This document shows, one piece after another, positions 45,385 to 55,026 of a DNA stretch of 64,000 nt; the first letter of the stretch is position 1; the number at the start of each line of letters is the position of its first letter. The notes under the pieces were generated by a model. The model was not told the origin of the DNA and did not search any database. It saw only the letters and a list, made by a program, of their open reading frames with translations. This DNA is from an uncultured bacterium. GTDB lineage: Bacteria > Oederibacteriota > JAAXVQ01 > JAUVAV01. The stretch is taken from positions 1 through 64,000 of the forward strand of contig CAVQBK010000002.1 in assembly GCA_963710755.1 (NCBI GenBank), read 5' to 3'. The position numbers were made by a program, and so were the translations under genes.

Positions 45385-46476
45385 CTAAGTCGAGGTTGTT
45401 TCCAATTCCCGCGGTGACAAAAAGCACCGTTCCTTCTTTTCCTTGCGGCATGTCTTGTCGCACTGGTAACAGATTTCGTTTTTCAAATATCCACCGGCGG
45501 TATACTCGCCAATGTTTTCCAAAGTTGTTTGGGCAATATTGTGCATGGCTTCCCGGGTAAAGAAAGCCTGGTGGGAGGTAATTAAAACATTGGGAAAGGT
45601 CAGCAGCCGGGCCAAGACATCATCATTGATCAGGGTGTTGGAGAAATCTTCAAAAAAATAGTCGCTCTCTTCCTCGTACACGTCAAGTCCGGCGGACCCG
45701 ATTTGCCCGCTTTTTAAACCGCTGATCAAAGCCTCGGTTTTGATTAATTTGCCCCGACCTGTATTGATGATCATCACCCCAGTTTTCATGTTGGCAATAC
45801 TCTTCTCGTCAATCATATGGTGTGTCTCCGCGGTCAAGGGACAGTTCAGGGAAATGATATCCGCCTGGTTATAGATGGTTTTCAAATCGGTATAGCTAAA
45901 TCCAGTTTTTTCAGCAAAGGCTTGATCAGGATATTTATCGTAGGCCAGCACGGTCATGCCCATCCCTTTCAAAATGTTAATCAAACATTTGCCGATCTGG
46001 CCGGTGCCAATGACTCCGGCCGTTTTGCCATGCATGTCAAAGCCCATCAACCCATCCAGGGAAAAGTTGCCGGTACTGGTGCGGGCGTAGGCCTTGTGGA
46101 TTTTGCGGTTCAGGTTGAGCATCAAAGCCACCGCATGCTCGGCCACGGCGTAAGGCGAATAGACCGGTACGCGCACCACGTGAATCTTGCCATAGGCGGC
46201 CTTTAAATCCACGTTATTATAACCGGCACTGCGCAGAGCAATCAGCTCCACTCCATTGGCTTGAAGAACATTTATGGTCTCTTTGTCAATAACATCATTG
46301 ACAAAAGCGCACACCACCGGAAAACCCGCAGATAATTCTGCTGTATCCCGGTTTAAGTGACTGGTAAGATACTTAATTTCAACCCTATAGCGTTCCTTCA
46401 GCTCGTCAAAATAAAGACGGTCATAGGGCTTAGTATCATAAAATAAAACACGCACAGGGCTCTCCATTTTTTTCAC
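45385..46476 (-). CDS. ldhA: D-lactate dehydrogenase (D-2-hydroxyacid dehydrogenase)
   Basis: VCAFVND, RVPVYSPYAVAEH, GTGQIG, LDVYEEE, TSHQAFFT. Confidence 0.88.
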   Translation of the reverse strand: MKKMESPVRVLFYDTKPYDRLYFDELKERYRVEIKYLTSHLNRDTAELSAGFPVVCAFVNDVIDKETINVLQANGVELIALRSAGYNNVDLKAAYGKIHVVRVPVYSPYAVAEHAVALMLNLNRKIHKAYARTSTGNFSLDGLMGFDMHGKTAGVIGTGQIGKCLINILKGMGMTVLAYDKYPDQAFAEKTGFSYTDLKTIYNQADIISLNCPLTAETHHMIDEKSIANMKTGVMIINTGRGKLIKTEALISGLKSGQIGSAGLDVYEEESDYFFEDFSNTLINDDVLARLLTFPNVLITSHQAFFTREAMHNIAQTTLENIGEYTAGGYLKNEICYQCDKTCRKEKKERCFLSPRELETTST

Positions 46477-46664
46477 CTCTTCTTTGATTTAAGCACTTCT
46501 AGTTTATAGACACCTCAAGTCTTTATTTGTATAACATGAGCTGTTTCTCATGACCATGGCTGGTCCGCATACTATAACCGGATTATTTTTATAGGAACCA
46601 CTTTTTTAATGATTACGTCTAAAGGGTAGGATTAGTTTAAGAGTATAGCCGGGAGGAGATCAAG

Positions 46665-47306
46665 ATGAAAACCACCATTGGTCCGAAAGATGCTCTCATT
46701 AGCGTAGATTTGCAAATCGATTTTATGCCTGGTGGTGCCCTGGGTGTGGCGGAAGGCCACCTGGTAGTACCCTTGGTCAATGATTTGTTGGCTTGTTTTC
46801 CAACCAAGGTGTTGACCCGGGACTGGCATCCGCAACACCATATTAGTTTTTCCGAAAAGCCGGACTTCAAAGACATGTCCTGGCCGCCTCATTGTGTACA
46901 GAATACCCGCGGTGCGGACTTCCATCCTGACCTCTATGTGGCGTTAGCCCAAAAATTGGTGAGCAAAGGGCAGGTCGAGAATCGCGAGCAGTACTCTGGT
47001 TTTCAGGACAGTGATTTGGCGCAATGGTTAAAAGCACGGGGCGTGACGCGTGTTTTTATTACCGGTCTGGCCACGGAATATTGTGTAAAAAACACAGCAC
47101 TTGATGCTAAAAAGGCAGGTTTTGAAACTTTGGTGATCCGTGACGGCGTTCGTGGGATTGATCTGCCGGCAGGCAGCGAAGCCTTGGCATGGTCAGAAAT
47201 GGAAAATGCTGGCATTAAATTGCTAACCAGTAGCGACTTAAGCGGCTGTCCCCTGCCTCGCACAGAAGAAGCGCGCCGGCCCGAGATTGTGATGGCAGTC
47301 GGCTAA
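46665..47306 (+). CDS. pncA: Nicotinamidase/pyrazinamidase
   Basis: VDLQIDFMPGGAL, DWHP, WPPHCVQ, YSGF, GLATEYCV. Confidence 0.92.
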   Translation: MKTTIGPKDALISVDLQIDFMPGGALGVAEGHLVVPLVNDLLACFPTKVLTRDWHPQHHISFSEKPDFKDMSWPPHCVQNTRGADFHPDLYVALAQKLVSKGQVENREQYSGFQDSDLAQWLKARGVTRVFITGLATEYCVKNTALDAKKAGFETLVIRDGVRGIDLPAGSEALAWSEMENAGIKLLTSSDLSGCPLPRTEEARRPEIVMAVG

Positions 47307-47334
47307 TTTTCCGACCTAACACTAACAGCTGGAT

Positions 47335-48468
47335 TTAATTCTTAAGTTCATGCGTTAAAGAGATTACCTTGATCATATCCTTTAAGGTGATAATGCCAAG
47401 GGGGGTATGGTTTTGTACAACGATAAACCGGCTGCGGCCAGTCGTGCGCATGCGTCCAAGGAGCGTTTCGGCATCGTCCTCGGGCGTGACCGTATTTTGA
47501 TCGGAACAAGCGTCCATGGTGTCCGCTACGGTGCGGGTGCCCCATTGGGCAGGCGTGGTTTTTTTAACGGCCTCCAAAGACAGACATCCCACCAGTGTTT
47601 GATGGTCCATGACCGGATATAATTTGTAATGATATTTGTAGATAATTTGCTCGACTACTTCAGCCAGGGTCAGTTGTGGCGTCACGGTGACCAAGGAGGA
47701 ATGACTCATAAAATCTCCAACCTTTTTACGGGCCAGTTCATTGTGCTGCTTTAGCTGTTGATAAGAATGCTGAGCCGCGCTCTGTAAAAAAAATCCGATC
47801 AAGAGCAACCACAAGCCGTTCACAAAGCGGCCGGTAAACACATTTAAAAGCCCAATAGCCATCAGTAGCAACGCAAACAGCGAACCCACCCCAGCAGCTA
47901 TTCTGGTGGCCCACAGTTGGTCCTTTTTGATCCACCATAGCACCGCACGCAATATTCTGCCCCCATCCAGGGGGAAGGCCGGGACCAAATTGAACCCCGC
48001 CAGAATGATATTGATCAACGCCAGATAGCCCAGCACGCCGATCACAGCGGCAGGCCACTGCCATAAAGCAATCCCCAACCGTTGCACACCGTAAAAGACC
48101 GCTGCCAGGACAAGGCTGGTTACCGGTCCGGCAACAGCCATCATCAGCTCTGCCCCCGGCTTTTTAGATTCCTCACCCATTTCCGCTACGCCGCCAAAAA
48201 TAAACAAGGTAATACCGCGCATCGGCAGACCTGATTTTCGCGCCACCAGCGAATGGCTCAGCTCGTGGATTACAATGGAAAGAAAAAGTCCTAATGCACT
48301 CATGAGACCCATGACAAGGTAGGTAGCCGTGCCCAGGCCACGATACTGCCCGGGGAAAAGTCCAGCTGACAAAGACCAAACAATTAAAAAGAAAAGAAAA
48401 AACCAACTGGCGTCAATTTTAACTTCAAAACCGAATAAGCTGAACACTTTCATGCTTTTTCCAAACAT
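47335..48468 (-). CDS. Site-2 protease (M50) with tandem CBS domains
   Basis: HELSH, FIFGGVA, AGP, FNLVPAFPLDGG, C-terminal CBS pair. Confidence 0.92.
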   Translation of the reverse strand: MFGKSMKVFSLFGFEVKIDASWFFLFFLIVWSLSAGLFPGQYRGLGTATYLVMGLMSALGLFLSIVIHELSHSLVARKSGLPMRGITLFIFGGVAEMGEESKKPGAELMMAVAGPVTSLVLAAVFYGVQRLGIALWQWPAAVIGVLGYLALINIILAGFNLVPAFPLDGGRILRAVLWWIKKDQLWATRIAAGVGSLFALLLMAIGLLNVFTGRFVNGLWLLLIGFFLQSAAQHSYQQLKQHNELARKKVGDFMSHSSLVTVTPQLTLAEVVEQIIYKYHYKLYPVMDHQTLVGCLSLEAVKKTTPAQWGTRTVADTMDACSDQNTVTPEDDAETLLGRMRTTGRSRFIVVQNHTPLGIITLKDMIKVISLTHELKN

Positions 48469-48582
48469 GATCCCCTCCTTGTGTTGCTTCCAATTGCCGA
48501 TCTGCAGCCGGCACGGTCTCGCCTCCGGCTTTTCATTCACCTAGGGCCAACGGCCATTGGCTTAATCCGAATTATTGACCTT

Positions 48583-49341
48583 TTATGGCTTTTCCTCCTG
48601 TTGCCAGTAACAAGGACGTCCGTAATAATCATATAGCCGACCTTCATAATCACGGTTCACCGGTACGGCCGGATCAAACAGAGGGCTGTTTTTAATTTGC
48701 TGCTTGGTCAGCACCACCGCCATGGATTTCATAAGCCAATTGGCATGATTGATCCAGTCCCTGGAAATCAGCACCTTCCGGCCTTTCAGCCATGAATTGG
48801 TCGCTGCCACCAAATAACGGATACTGTATTGATCATCTTCAATAATAAAATCCTCGGCATGACCGATTAGTCCATCCACGGCCTGGAGACGGTATCCCGT
48901 GAGCTCCCTCATACTGCGCAATTCACAATCTGCACCGCTGCACTCAACCTCTTCATTTTCAAAGGGAGGAGGCACCATGATGGTCGACGGACTTCCTGTC
49001 ACCGAATTCCAATATACCGGCCATTGCAGGGTGCGGGTGTTCTCCAGGTTTTTTCTTCGTGAAACCGGTTTTTTAACTTCTGCCGGCGTCGCCTCCATGA
49101 TCATGGCCTTGGTAAGGACCACCTTGAAATGCCTTTTGGTCCAATCGGGCTTATCGTAAAACCCAGCGGTGGAAATCAGAACTTTTTTACCGGAAATAAT
49201 ATTTCCTGTATCCGCCACCAGATACCGTACCGTCCAATCCACCTCGTCAAAGTAAAAATCCACCACTCTGCCAATTGGCCCGTCCTGAGCCTCAATAGTG
49301 TACCCTAGAATTTCGTTCAAACTTCTCAGCATTCTGTTCAC
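48583..49341 (-). CDS. PRC-barrel domain protein (two repeats)
   Basis: GY.I.A.DG.IG.V.DF...W.VRYLV twice; LYDYYGRP.YW. Confidence 0.85.
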   Translation of the reverse strand: MNRMLRSLNEILGYTIEAQDGPIGRVVDFYFDEVDWTVRYLVADTGNIISGKKVLISTAGFYDKPDWTKRHFKVVLTKAMIMEATPAEVKKPVSRRKNLENTRTLQWPVYWNSVTGSPSTIMVPPPFENEEVECSGADCELRSMRELTGYRLQAVDGLIGHAEDFIIEDDQYSIRYLVAATNSWLKGRKVLISRDWINHANWLMKSMAVVLTKQQIKNSPLFDPAVPVNRDYEGRLYDYYGRPCYWQQEEKP

Positions 49342-49527
49342 CTCCTTTCCCGGACCTTTGTTTATATACCATTACCCCTCGCTACTGCCTGATAGACCTT
49401 TGCACCAAGCGGCTTTTCCTTCACGTCCTCACAAGAAATAAGTCAATATCAAGGGGAACTCCATCATCGTCTAATTTATTTTCTCTCCATATAATAGTGA
49501 CACCAGGTTGGGACAGGAGGTAGAAGT

Positions 49528-51381
49528 ATGCAGGGTAAAACATCTTTTTTAACTTATTTACTTTTTGCGTTCTTGTTTGCCTTTTTGGCTTTTCAGTATT
49601 TTATCGCCCCCAATAAAATCAATATTTCGTATACGCAGTTCAAAACCATGGTCAGCGAAGGTAAAATTGAAACCGTGCTTATCAGTGATACTACGCTGAC
49701 CGGGATACCGCCCAAAGCTTCGAAAAAGGAAAAAGCCCCGGCCAAGGCCACCACTTATGTCACCACCCGCGTGGGTGACCGCCGGCTTATTGAATTTTTA
49801 CAGGCTCATAAGGTGACTATTATAGGCAAGCAATCCAATACCTGGCTGGTTACCCTGCTTTCCTGGCTGGTGCCAATTGGGTTGCTGATCGTCTTTTGGA
49901 CCTGGTTTGGCCGGCGTCTGATGAAACAATCAGGCGGTGCCGGCGGGTTACTCAATATGGGTAAGAGTCGTGCCAAGATTGTCGTGCAACGTGATGTAGG
50001 AGTGGGCTTCAATGACGTGGCCGGTCTGGAGGAAGCTAAACAAGAATTAAAGGAAGTGTTGGAATTTCTCAAAGAGCCTAAAAAATTTACCCGGTTGGGG
50101 GCGAAAATCCCCAAGGGTATTTTACTGGTTGGGCCGCCGGGTACAGGTAAAACCTTATTGGCCAGGGCCGTAGCCGGTGAGTCAGGCGTACCGTTTTTCT
50201 CCATCAGTGGTTCTGATTTTATTGAAATGTTTGTAGGCCTGGGCGCGGCCCGGGTAAGAGACATGTTCGAGCAAGCCAAGGCTATGGCACCTTGTGTAAT
50301 ATTTATCGATGAATTGGATGCCCTGGGTAAAGCCCGTGGTCTGGGTGGTCGCCTGGGCAGCCATGATGAGCAGGAGCAGACCTTAAATCAGCTGCTTTCC
50401 GAAATGGATGGTTTTTCCCCTACCCTGGGGGTGATTTTACTGGCTGCCACCAACCGCCCCGAGATTCTTGATCCGGCTTTATTGCGTCCCGGCCGTTTTG
50501 ACCGCCAAATTCTGGTGGACCGTCCTGACTTGCCGGAGCGGCTGGCGATTTTACAGCTTCACACCAAACACATTAAACTCTCTCCGGATTTGTCCTTGGA
50601 AGTGGTGGCCCGCCGATCCTCGGGATTTACCGGTGCCGACCTGGCCAATTTGGTTAACGAAGCCACTTTATTAGCCGTACGCAAAAATAAGGAGACTGTG
50701 GATAGTGAAGATTTTGATCAGGCCATGGACCGCATCATGGCCGGCCTGGAGAAAAAGAATCGCCGCCTTAATGATCATGAAAAAGAGGTGGTCGCCTATC
50801 ATGAGTCAGGACATGCCCTTATCGGGGCTTTGCGCGCCACTGCGGATAAACTCCATAAAATTTCTATTGTGCCCCGGGGCATTGCAGCTCTCGGGTTTAC
50901 CCTGCAATTGCCCACAGAAGATCGCTACCTCATGTCTAAACGGGAATTGCTGGAAAAAATTGATGTACTCTTGGGTGGCCGGGCGGCGGAAGAACTCCTC
51001 TTCGGTGATGACATCACCACTGGTGCTCACAATGATCTTGAAAAAGCCTCGGACATTGCACGCAGTATGGTTATGACTTATGGCATGAGCAAGCGCCTGG
51101 GTTACCGAACCTTTAAAAAACAATCCGCTTCGTTTTTGGGACAGCCAGATTTTACCATGGAAAAAAGTTACAGTGAAGCTACGGCGCAAAAAATTGACGA
51201 AGAAGTTTATGAGCTAATGCAAAACCGCATGGAGACGGTTAAAACGTCCTTGCAGCAACATCTGGGAAGTTTAAACCGTTTAGCTGCAGCACTTTTGGAA
51301 AAAGAGACGCTCGATGCCGACGATTTCTATAAGATTGTGGGACCCCTTAAACCTGAGCCCTTTGTGCCTGAGCGCGCTTGA
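49528..51381 (+). CDS. ftsH: ATP-dependent zinc metalloprotease FtsH
   Basis: Two TM helices, GPPGTGKT, FIDELD, RPGRFDR, HESGH. Confidence 0.96.
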   Translation: MQGKTSFLTYLLFAFLFAFLAFQYFIAPNKINISYTQFKTMVSEGKIETVLISDTTLTGIPPKASKKEKAPAKATTYVTTRVGDRRLIEFLQAHKVTIIGKQSNTWLVTLLSWLVPIGLLIVFWTWFGRRLMKQSGGAGGLLNMGKSRAKIVVQRDVGVGFNDVAGLEEAKQELKEVLEFLKEPKKFTRLGAKIPKGILLVGPPGTGKTLLARAVAGESGVPFFSISGSDFIEMFVGLGAARVRDMFEQAKAMAPCVIFIDELDALGKARGLGGRLGSHDEQEQTLNQLLSEMDGFSPTLGVILLAATNRPEILDPALLRPGRFDRQILVDRPDLPERLAILQLHTKHIKLSPDLSLEVVARRSSGFTGADLANLVNEATLLAVRKNKETVDSEDFDQAMDRIMAGLEKKNRRLNDHEKEVVAYHESGHALIGALRATADKLHKISIVPRGIAALGFTLQLPTEDRYLMSKRELLEKIDVLLGGRAAEELLFGDDITTGAHNDLEKASDIARSMVMTYGMSKRLGYRTFKKQSASFLGQPDFTMEKSYSEATAQKIDEEVYELMQNRMETVKTSLQQHLGSLNRLAAALLEKETLDADDFYKIVGPLKPEPFVPERA

Positions 51382-51436
51382 TCTCCCCCTTACCATCACA
51401 AGCCCGCGCTCCCCACCCTGGCCTTTCGGGAGACCG

Positions 51437-51817
51437 CTACGTTGACCTGCCCGTAAGGCTCTCCAGAAGCGCGACCAAGTGAGTGGGTTCAATAGGTTTT
51501 TGCAGGATTTCTTCAGCTCCCCATGCTTCCTTAAGGCGGACGACGTCTTCATGGTTAACATGGCCGCTTAATATCACCAGCTTAATGAACCGGGTAGCCT
51601 GGTCCTGTTTGAGTACCTGAGCTACCTGCTGGCCGCTCATACCATCCATTTTCAGATCCAGTAGAATGACGTCCGGCTGTTTCTGTTTGGCCACCTCCAC
51701 GGCGACTATGCTATTGGAAAGGGTGCTGACGTCATATCCTGCGCCTTCCAGGACTTCTTTCATTTCCTGCAAATATTCCACATCATCGTCTATCATTAAT
51801 ATTTTGCATCCGGTCAC
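51437..51817 (-). CDS. Single-domain response regulator
   Basis: IDDD, LLDLKM, KP. Confidence 0.88.
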   Translation of the reverse strand: MTGCKILMIDDDVEYLQEMKEVLEGAGYDVSTLSNSIVAVEVAKQKQPDVILLDLKMDGMSGQQVAQVLKQDQATRFIKLVILSGHVNHEDVVRLKEAWGAEEILQKPIEPTHLVALLESLTGRST

Positions 51818-51960
51818 TCGATTTCACCTCGTTTTAAACCTACTTCAGTGATTCCCTTGCCAGGCTAAAACGACTATAACCCCCTCCTTCCTCAGCGCAT
51901 AGACGATGAGACCTCTTTTTCTTGACCTTTTCCCCAGTTGTTGACTGGGGCCTCATCGTG

Positions 51961-52722
51961 TTAAGTACGGTTCAAGGTACTTTCGGGCAAATGCAGCAAA
52001 CGCCTCAGGGTCAGTGCATTTTGAACTGCATAGCCATACTGATCATTATCAAAGTAACAAAAAACATCTTTTCCGGCTAAAGCCCAATGGGCAATTGTTT
52101 CAGCCCAATCGCCCAGAACTTGGGTGCTGTAACTGCCCTCATAAGCATTACCAGGACCGTGTAAACGAATATAAATATAATTGGCACTCACCACACCCGG
52201 CGATAAGCGATGGTTAAAATCATATACACAAAAAGCCTGCTCATGATTTTCCAAAAGTTCATAAATGGATTGATCAAACCAGGAAGGATCTCGAAATTCA
52301 AAAGCCAACCGCTGGCCGCTTGGCACCAATTTGAGAAAAGCCTCCAACCGCTGCCGGTTGATTTTCCAGTGCCCTGGAAATTGTAGTAAAATCGGCCCTA
52401 ACTTACCTCCCAAAAGCCGGGCCCGGTCCAACAATGCGTGCCAGGCCTCGCTGACGTCCACTAATTTCTTCATATGCGTAAGGTATCGGGATGCTTTGAC
52501 ACTAAACACAAATGACGGTGGTGATTGCATTTTCCAGGTGGTAAAGTGTTCTTTCGGCGGAAGACCGTAGAACGTATTATTAATCTCCACGGTATCCAGG
52601 TGTTGGCTGTAAATCTTTAACCATTCACTTTCAGGGCTGGCGTTGGGATAAAAAACACCTTTCCAATGAGCATAATGCCATCCCGACGTGCCTATCCATA
52701 TCTTGCCTTGGAGCTTCATCAC
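51961..52722 (-). CDS. DUF72 domain protein
   Basis: IGTSGWHY, VEINNTFY, KASRYLTH, EFRDPSW, YIRLHG, YFDND. Confidence 0.92.
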   Translation of the reverse strand: MMKLQGKIWIGTSGWHYAHWKGVFYPNASPESEWLKIYSQHLDTVEINNTFYGLPPKEHFTTWKMQSPPSFVFSVKASRYLTHMKKLVDVSEAWHALLDRARLLGGKLGPILLQFPGHWKINRQRLEAFLKLVPSGQRLAFEFRDPSWFDQSIYELLENHEQAFCVYDFNHRLSPGVVSANYIYIRLHGPGNAYEGSYSTQVLGDWAETIAHWALAGKDVFCYFDNDQYGYAVQNALTLRRLLHLPESTLNRT

Positions 52723-52905
52723 CTTAACCTCCTTACTTTTGGACCCCTTTTTTTAATGTGTCCTCCCCGGTTACCCACATTCCAATGCAAGACTGAAGGA
52801 ACAATGACCATCGCGAACTTTCACCTTTTGCATTAAAGTACCTCGGAATTTATTGCGGGATATTTTAATCCTCCCACTCCCCTGCTTCTGAAGTCCCAAA
52901 TCTCG

Positions 52906-55026
52906 CTAAAAAGCCGTGCCCAGACCGAAGTCGACCACATACAGGGGCTCACCCAATTGTTGGTTCCGGTCAGGATTAAAGGCCACTTCCAGACGTGCGG
53001 TTCCAATGGGCAACAGGTATTGCACGCCCATGCCCAGCCCTGGTCTAAAATTGAGAAAAAAATCTTCTAATGTGGCTTGCAGACTGGTGGCGCGCACCAG
53101 CGGCGATCGATTGCCCGATGGGGAGATATTGCCATAATCGAAAAAAACATTGAGATACCAGGGATCAATAACAGCCTGACGCCAGGCCACATTAAAGGTA
53201 TTGAAACCCAGCCCGCCGGCAGGTCGCCCATTGGGATCCTTGGGACCTAGTTCGGACTGGTTAAAGCTGCGTACACTGTTCTCACCGCCGTTAAAAAAAC
53301 GTTCTCCAACCGGCAAGGCCGTATCCGCCTGGGTCATTACAATCAATCCTCCCATAATACGCACGGCCAAAATGCTGCCGGGCATAACAGACCAATAGTG
53401 CCGGATTTCCCAAGTAGTACGGTAAAAAGCCAGTTGCTGCCCGTGCAAAGGGTCTACCATTTCTAAACCAGCCCGGGCCATGGTCCCCTTGCTGGGATAG
53501 AGCAAATTGTCCCGGTTGTCCCAGTGCCAGCCCAAACTGGCCGTCCCCACTTCATAGGAATCAGCCGTCTGAACATTCAGGGCATTGTAAGGTACTTCCA
53601 AGGCCACGGCACTAAGCACATACCCGGCAGTAAGGTCCATTTTTTCAATCCAAGTGGGATAAAACTGAATGCCAAGTCCATATTCACGGCGATTGTAAGC
53701 GGGTTCCATACGGTATTGGCCGAAGCCCAAGACCTGACCGGTCAACCCATTGAAGATAAAATCCGGATTTTGCAGCTGCACTTTCAAAGACCGGTCCTTA
53801 AAGGATATCTTGCCTTCCACATTGAGCTTCTGGCCAGAACCTAAGAAACTTAATTGCTCATAACCGGCCAGCAAACGCGCCAGTTCATAATTGCCCCATC
53901 CAGGCTCTACATAAACTTTGGCCATGGGATTTTCCGTCACCGTAACCAGCAGCACCCGTCTGCTCGCCGTTTCTTTTTCCATGGTCAGGGAAACGTTTTT
54001 AAATAAGCCGGTACGCAACAGTCGTAAAAAACTTTTGTCCCTCGCGCTTTGGCTGTAAAGCGCGCCTTGATGAAACAGCACCCGTTTTAAAATAAAAGCA
54101 GTGGACACATGCTGATTGCCTTCCACCCTGATACCGGCAATAGTGACCTGGGGACCGGGTATAACGTCCAAATGCATGGTAATCTGTCCCGGCGACGGGC
54201 CCATGACCCCGGTAATCGTGACTTTAACATCAGCATACCCTTGATCCAAATACAGTTGACGCACCTGCTGGTTTAGGATGGATTTTTTTTCTTCGATATA
54301 AGGTTGACCCTGCCACTTGGCGGCCAACTGTTTCCGGTCCTGTTCAGAAATCAATTTGGCCGTAGCGCCAAAATCAATTGTCTTGATAAAATAGCGCTGG
54401 CCCTCCTCAATGGCAATCAGCACAATGACCTGATTTTTTTGGTCAACGAAGGTCAATTGAGGTGCTGCTATATGAACATGTAAAAAACCTTCTTGTAAAT
54501 AGCGGTTACGGATTTCTTTCACACTTTGCTCCAGTACCACGGGCACATAAGTATCAGGGCCGGCCTCGTTATTTTGACTCAATTGCCGGCGGACCAAGTC
54601 TTTTAAATAATCCATCGAAAAATAGTGCTCTCCTTGGAAAATTATTTTTTTAATATGAATCTGCGATCCTTCCTGAATATCAAAGATCACTTTTGTCTGC
54701 CGCGGCCCTTCCTGGAAACGATATTCCACCTTGGCCTGGGCATAGCCTTCTAAAATATAATATTGTTTAAGGTAGTACGCCAGGTCATCGGCATCGGCCT
54801 GGTTTTGCCCCGGTTTCCTTAAGGCGGCAACAGCTTGTTGATTGTTTGCCAGCAGTTGGGTGGTACTGAAGGCATGATTGCCTTGCAATACGATGACCAC
54901 ACGCTGCGCTTCGGCATAGGCGTTCATCATCACGACCACTGTCAGCCCCGCTGACGTGGCCAGTACCCAGGACCAACGTTTAGTCCAGTTCCAAAACCAG
55001 CCGCAATCCGGCATTATAGTCATCAT
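52906..55026 (-). CDS. Omp85/TamA-BamA family outer-membrane protein (start uncertain)
   Basis: POTRA repeats, DNRDN..YPSKG, ERFFNGGENSVRSF, C-terminal GTAF. Confidence 0.88.
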   Translation of the reverse strand: MMTIMPDCGWFWNWTKRWSWVLATSAGLTVVVMMNAYAEAQRVVIVLQGNHAFSTTQLLANNQQAVAALRKPGQNQADADDLAYYLKQYYILEGYAQAKVEYRFQEGPRQTKVIFDIQEGSQIHIKKIIFQGEHYFSMDYLKDLVRRQLSQNNEAGPDTYVPVVLEQSVKEIRNRYLQEGFLHVHIAAPQLTFVDQKNQVIVLIAIEEGQRYFIKTIDFGATAKLISEQDRKQLAAKWQGQPYIEEKKSILNQQVRQLYLDQGYADVKVTITGVMGPSPGQITMHLDVIPGPQVTIAGIRVEGNQHVSTAFILKRVLFHQGALYSQSARDKSFLRLLRTGLFKNVSLTMEKETASRRVLLVTVTENPMAKVYVEPGWGNYELARLLAGYEQLSFLGSGQKLNVEGKISFKDRSLKVQLQNPDFIFNGLTGQVLGFGQYRMEPAYNRREYGLGIQFYPTWIEKMDLTAGYVLSAVALEVPYNALNVQTADSYEVGTASLGWHWDNRDNLLYPSKGTMARAGLEMVDPLHGQQLAFYRTTWEIRHYWSVMPGSILAVRIMGGLIVMTQADTALPVGERFFNGGENSVRSFNQSELGPKDPNGRPAGGLGFNTFNVAWRQAVIDPWYLNVFFDYGNISPSGNRSPLVRATSLQATLEDFFLNFRPGLGMGVQYLLPIGTARLEVAFNPDRNQQLGEPLYVVDFGLGTAF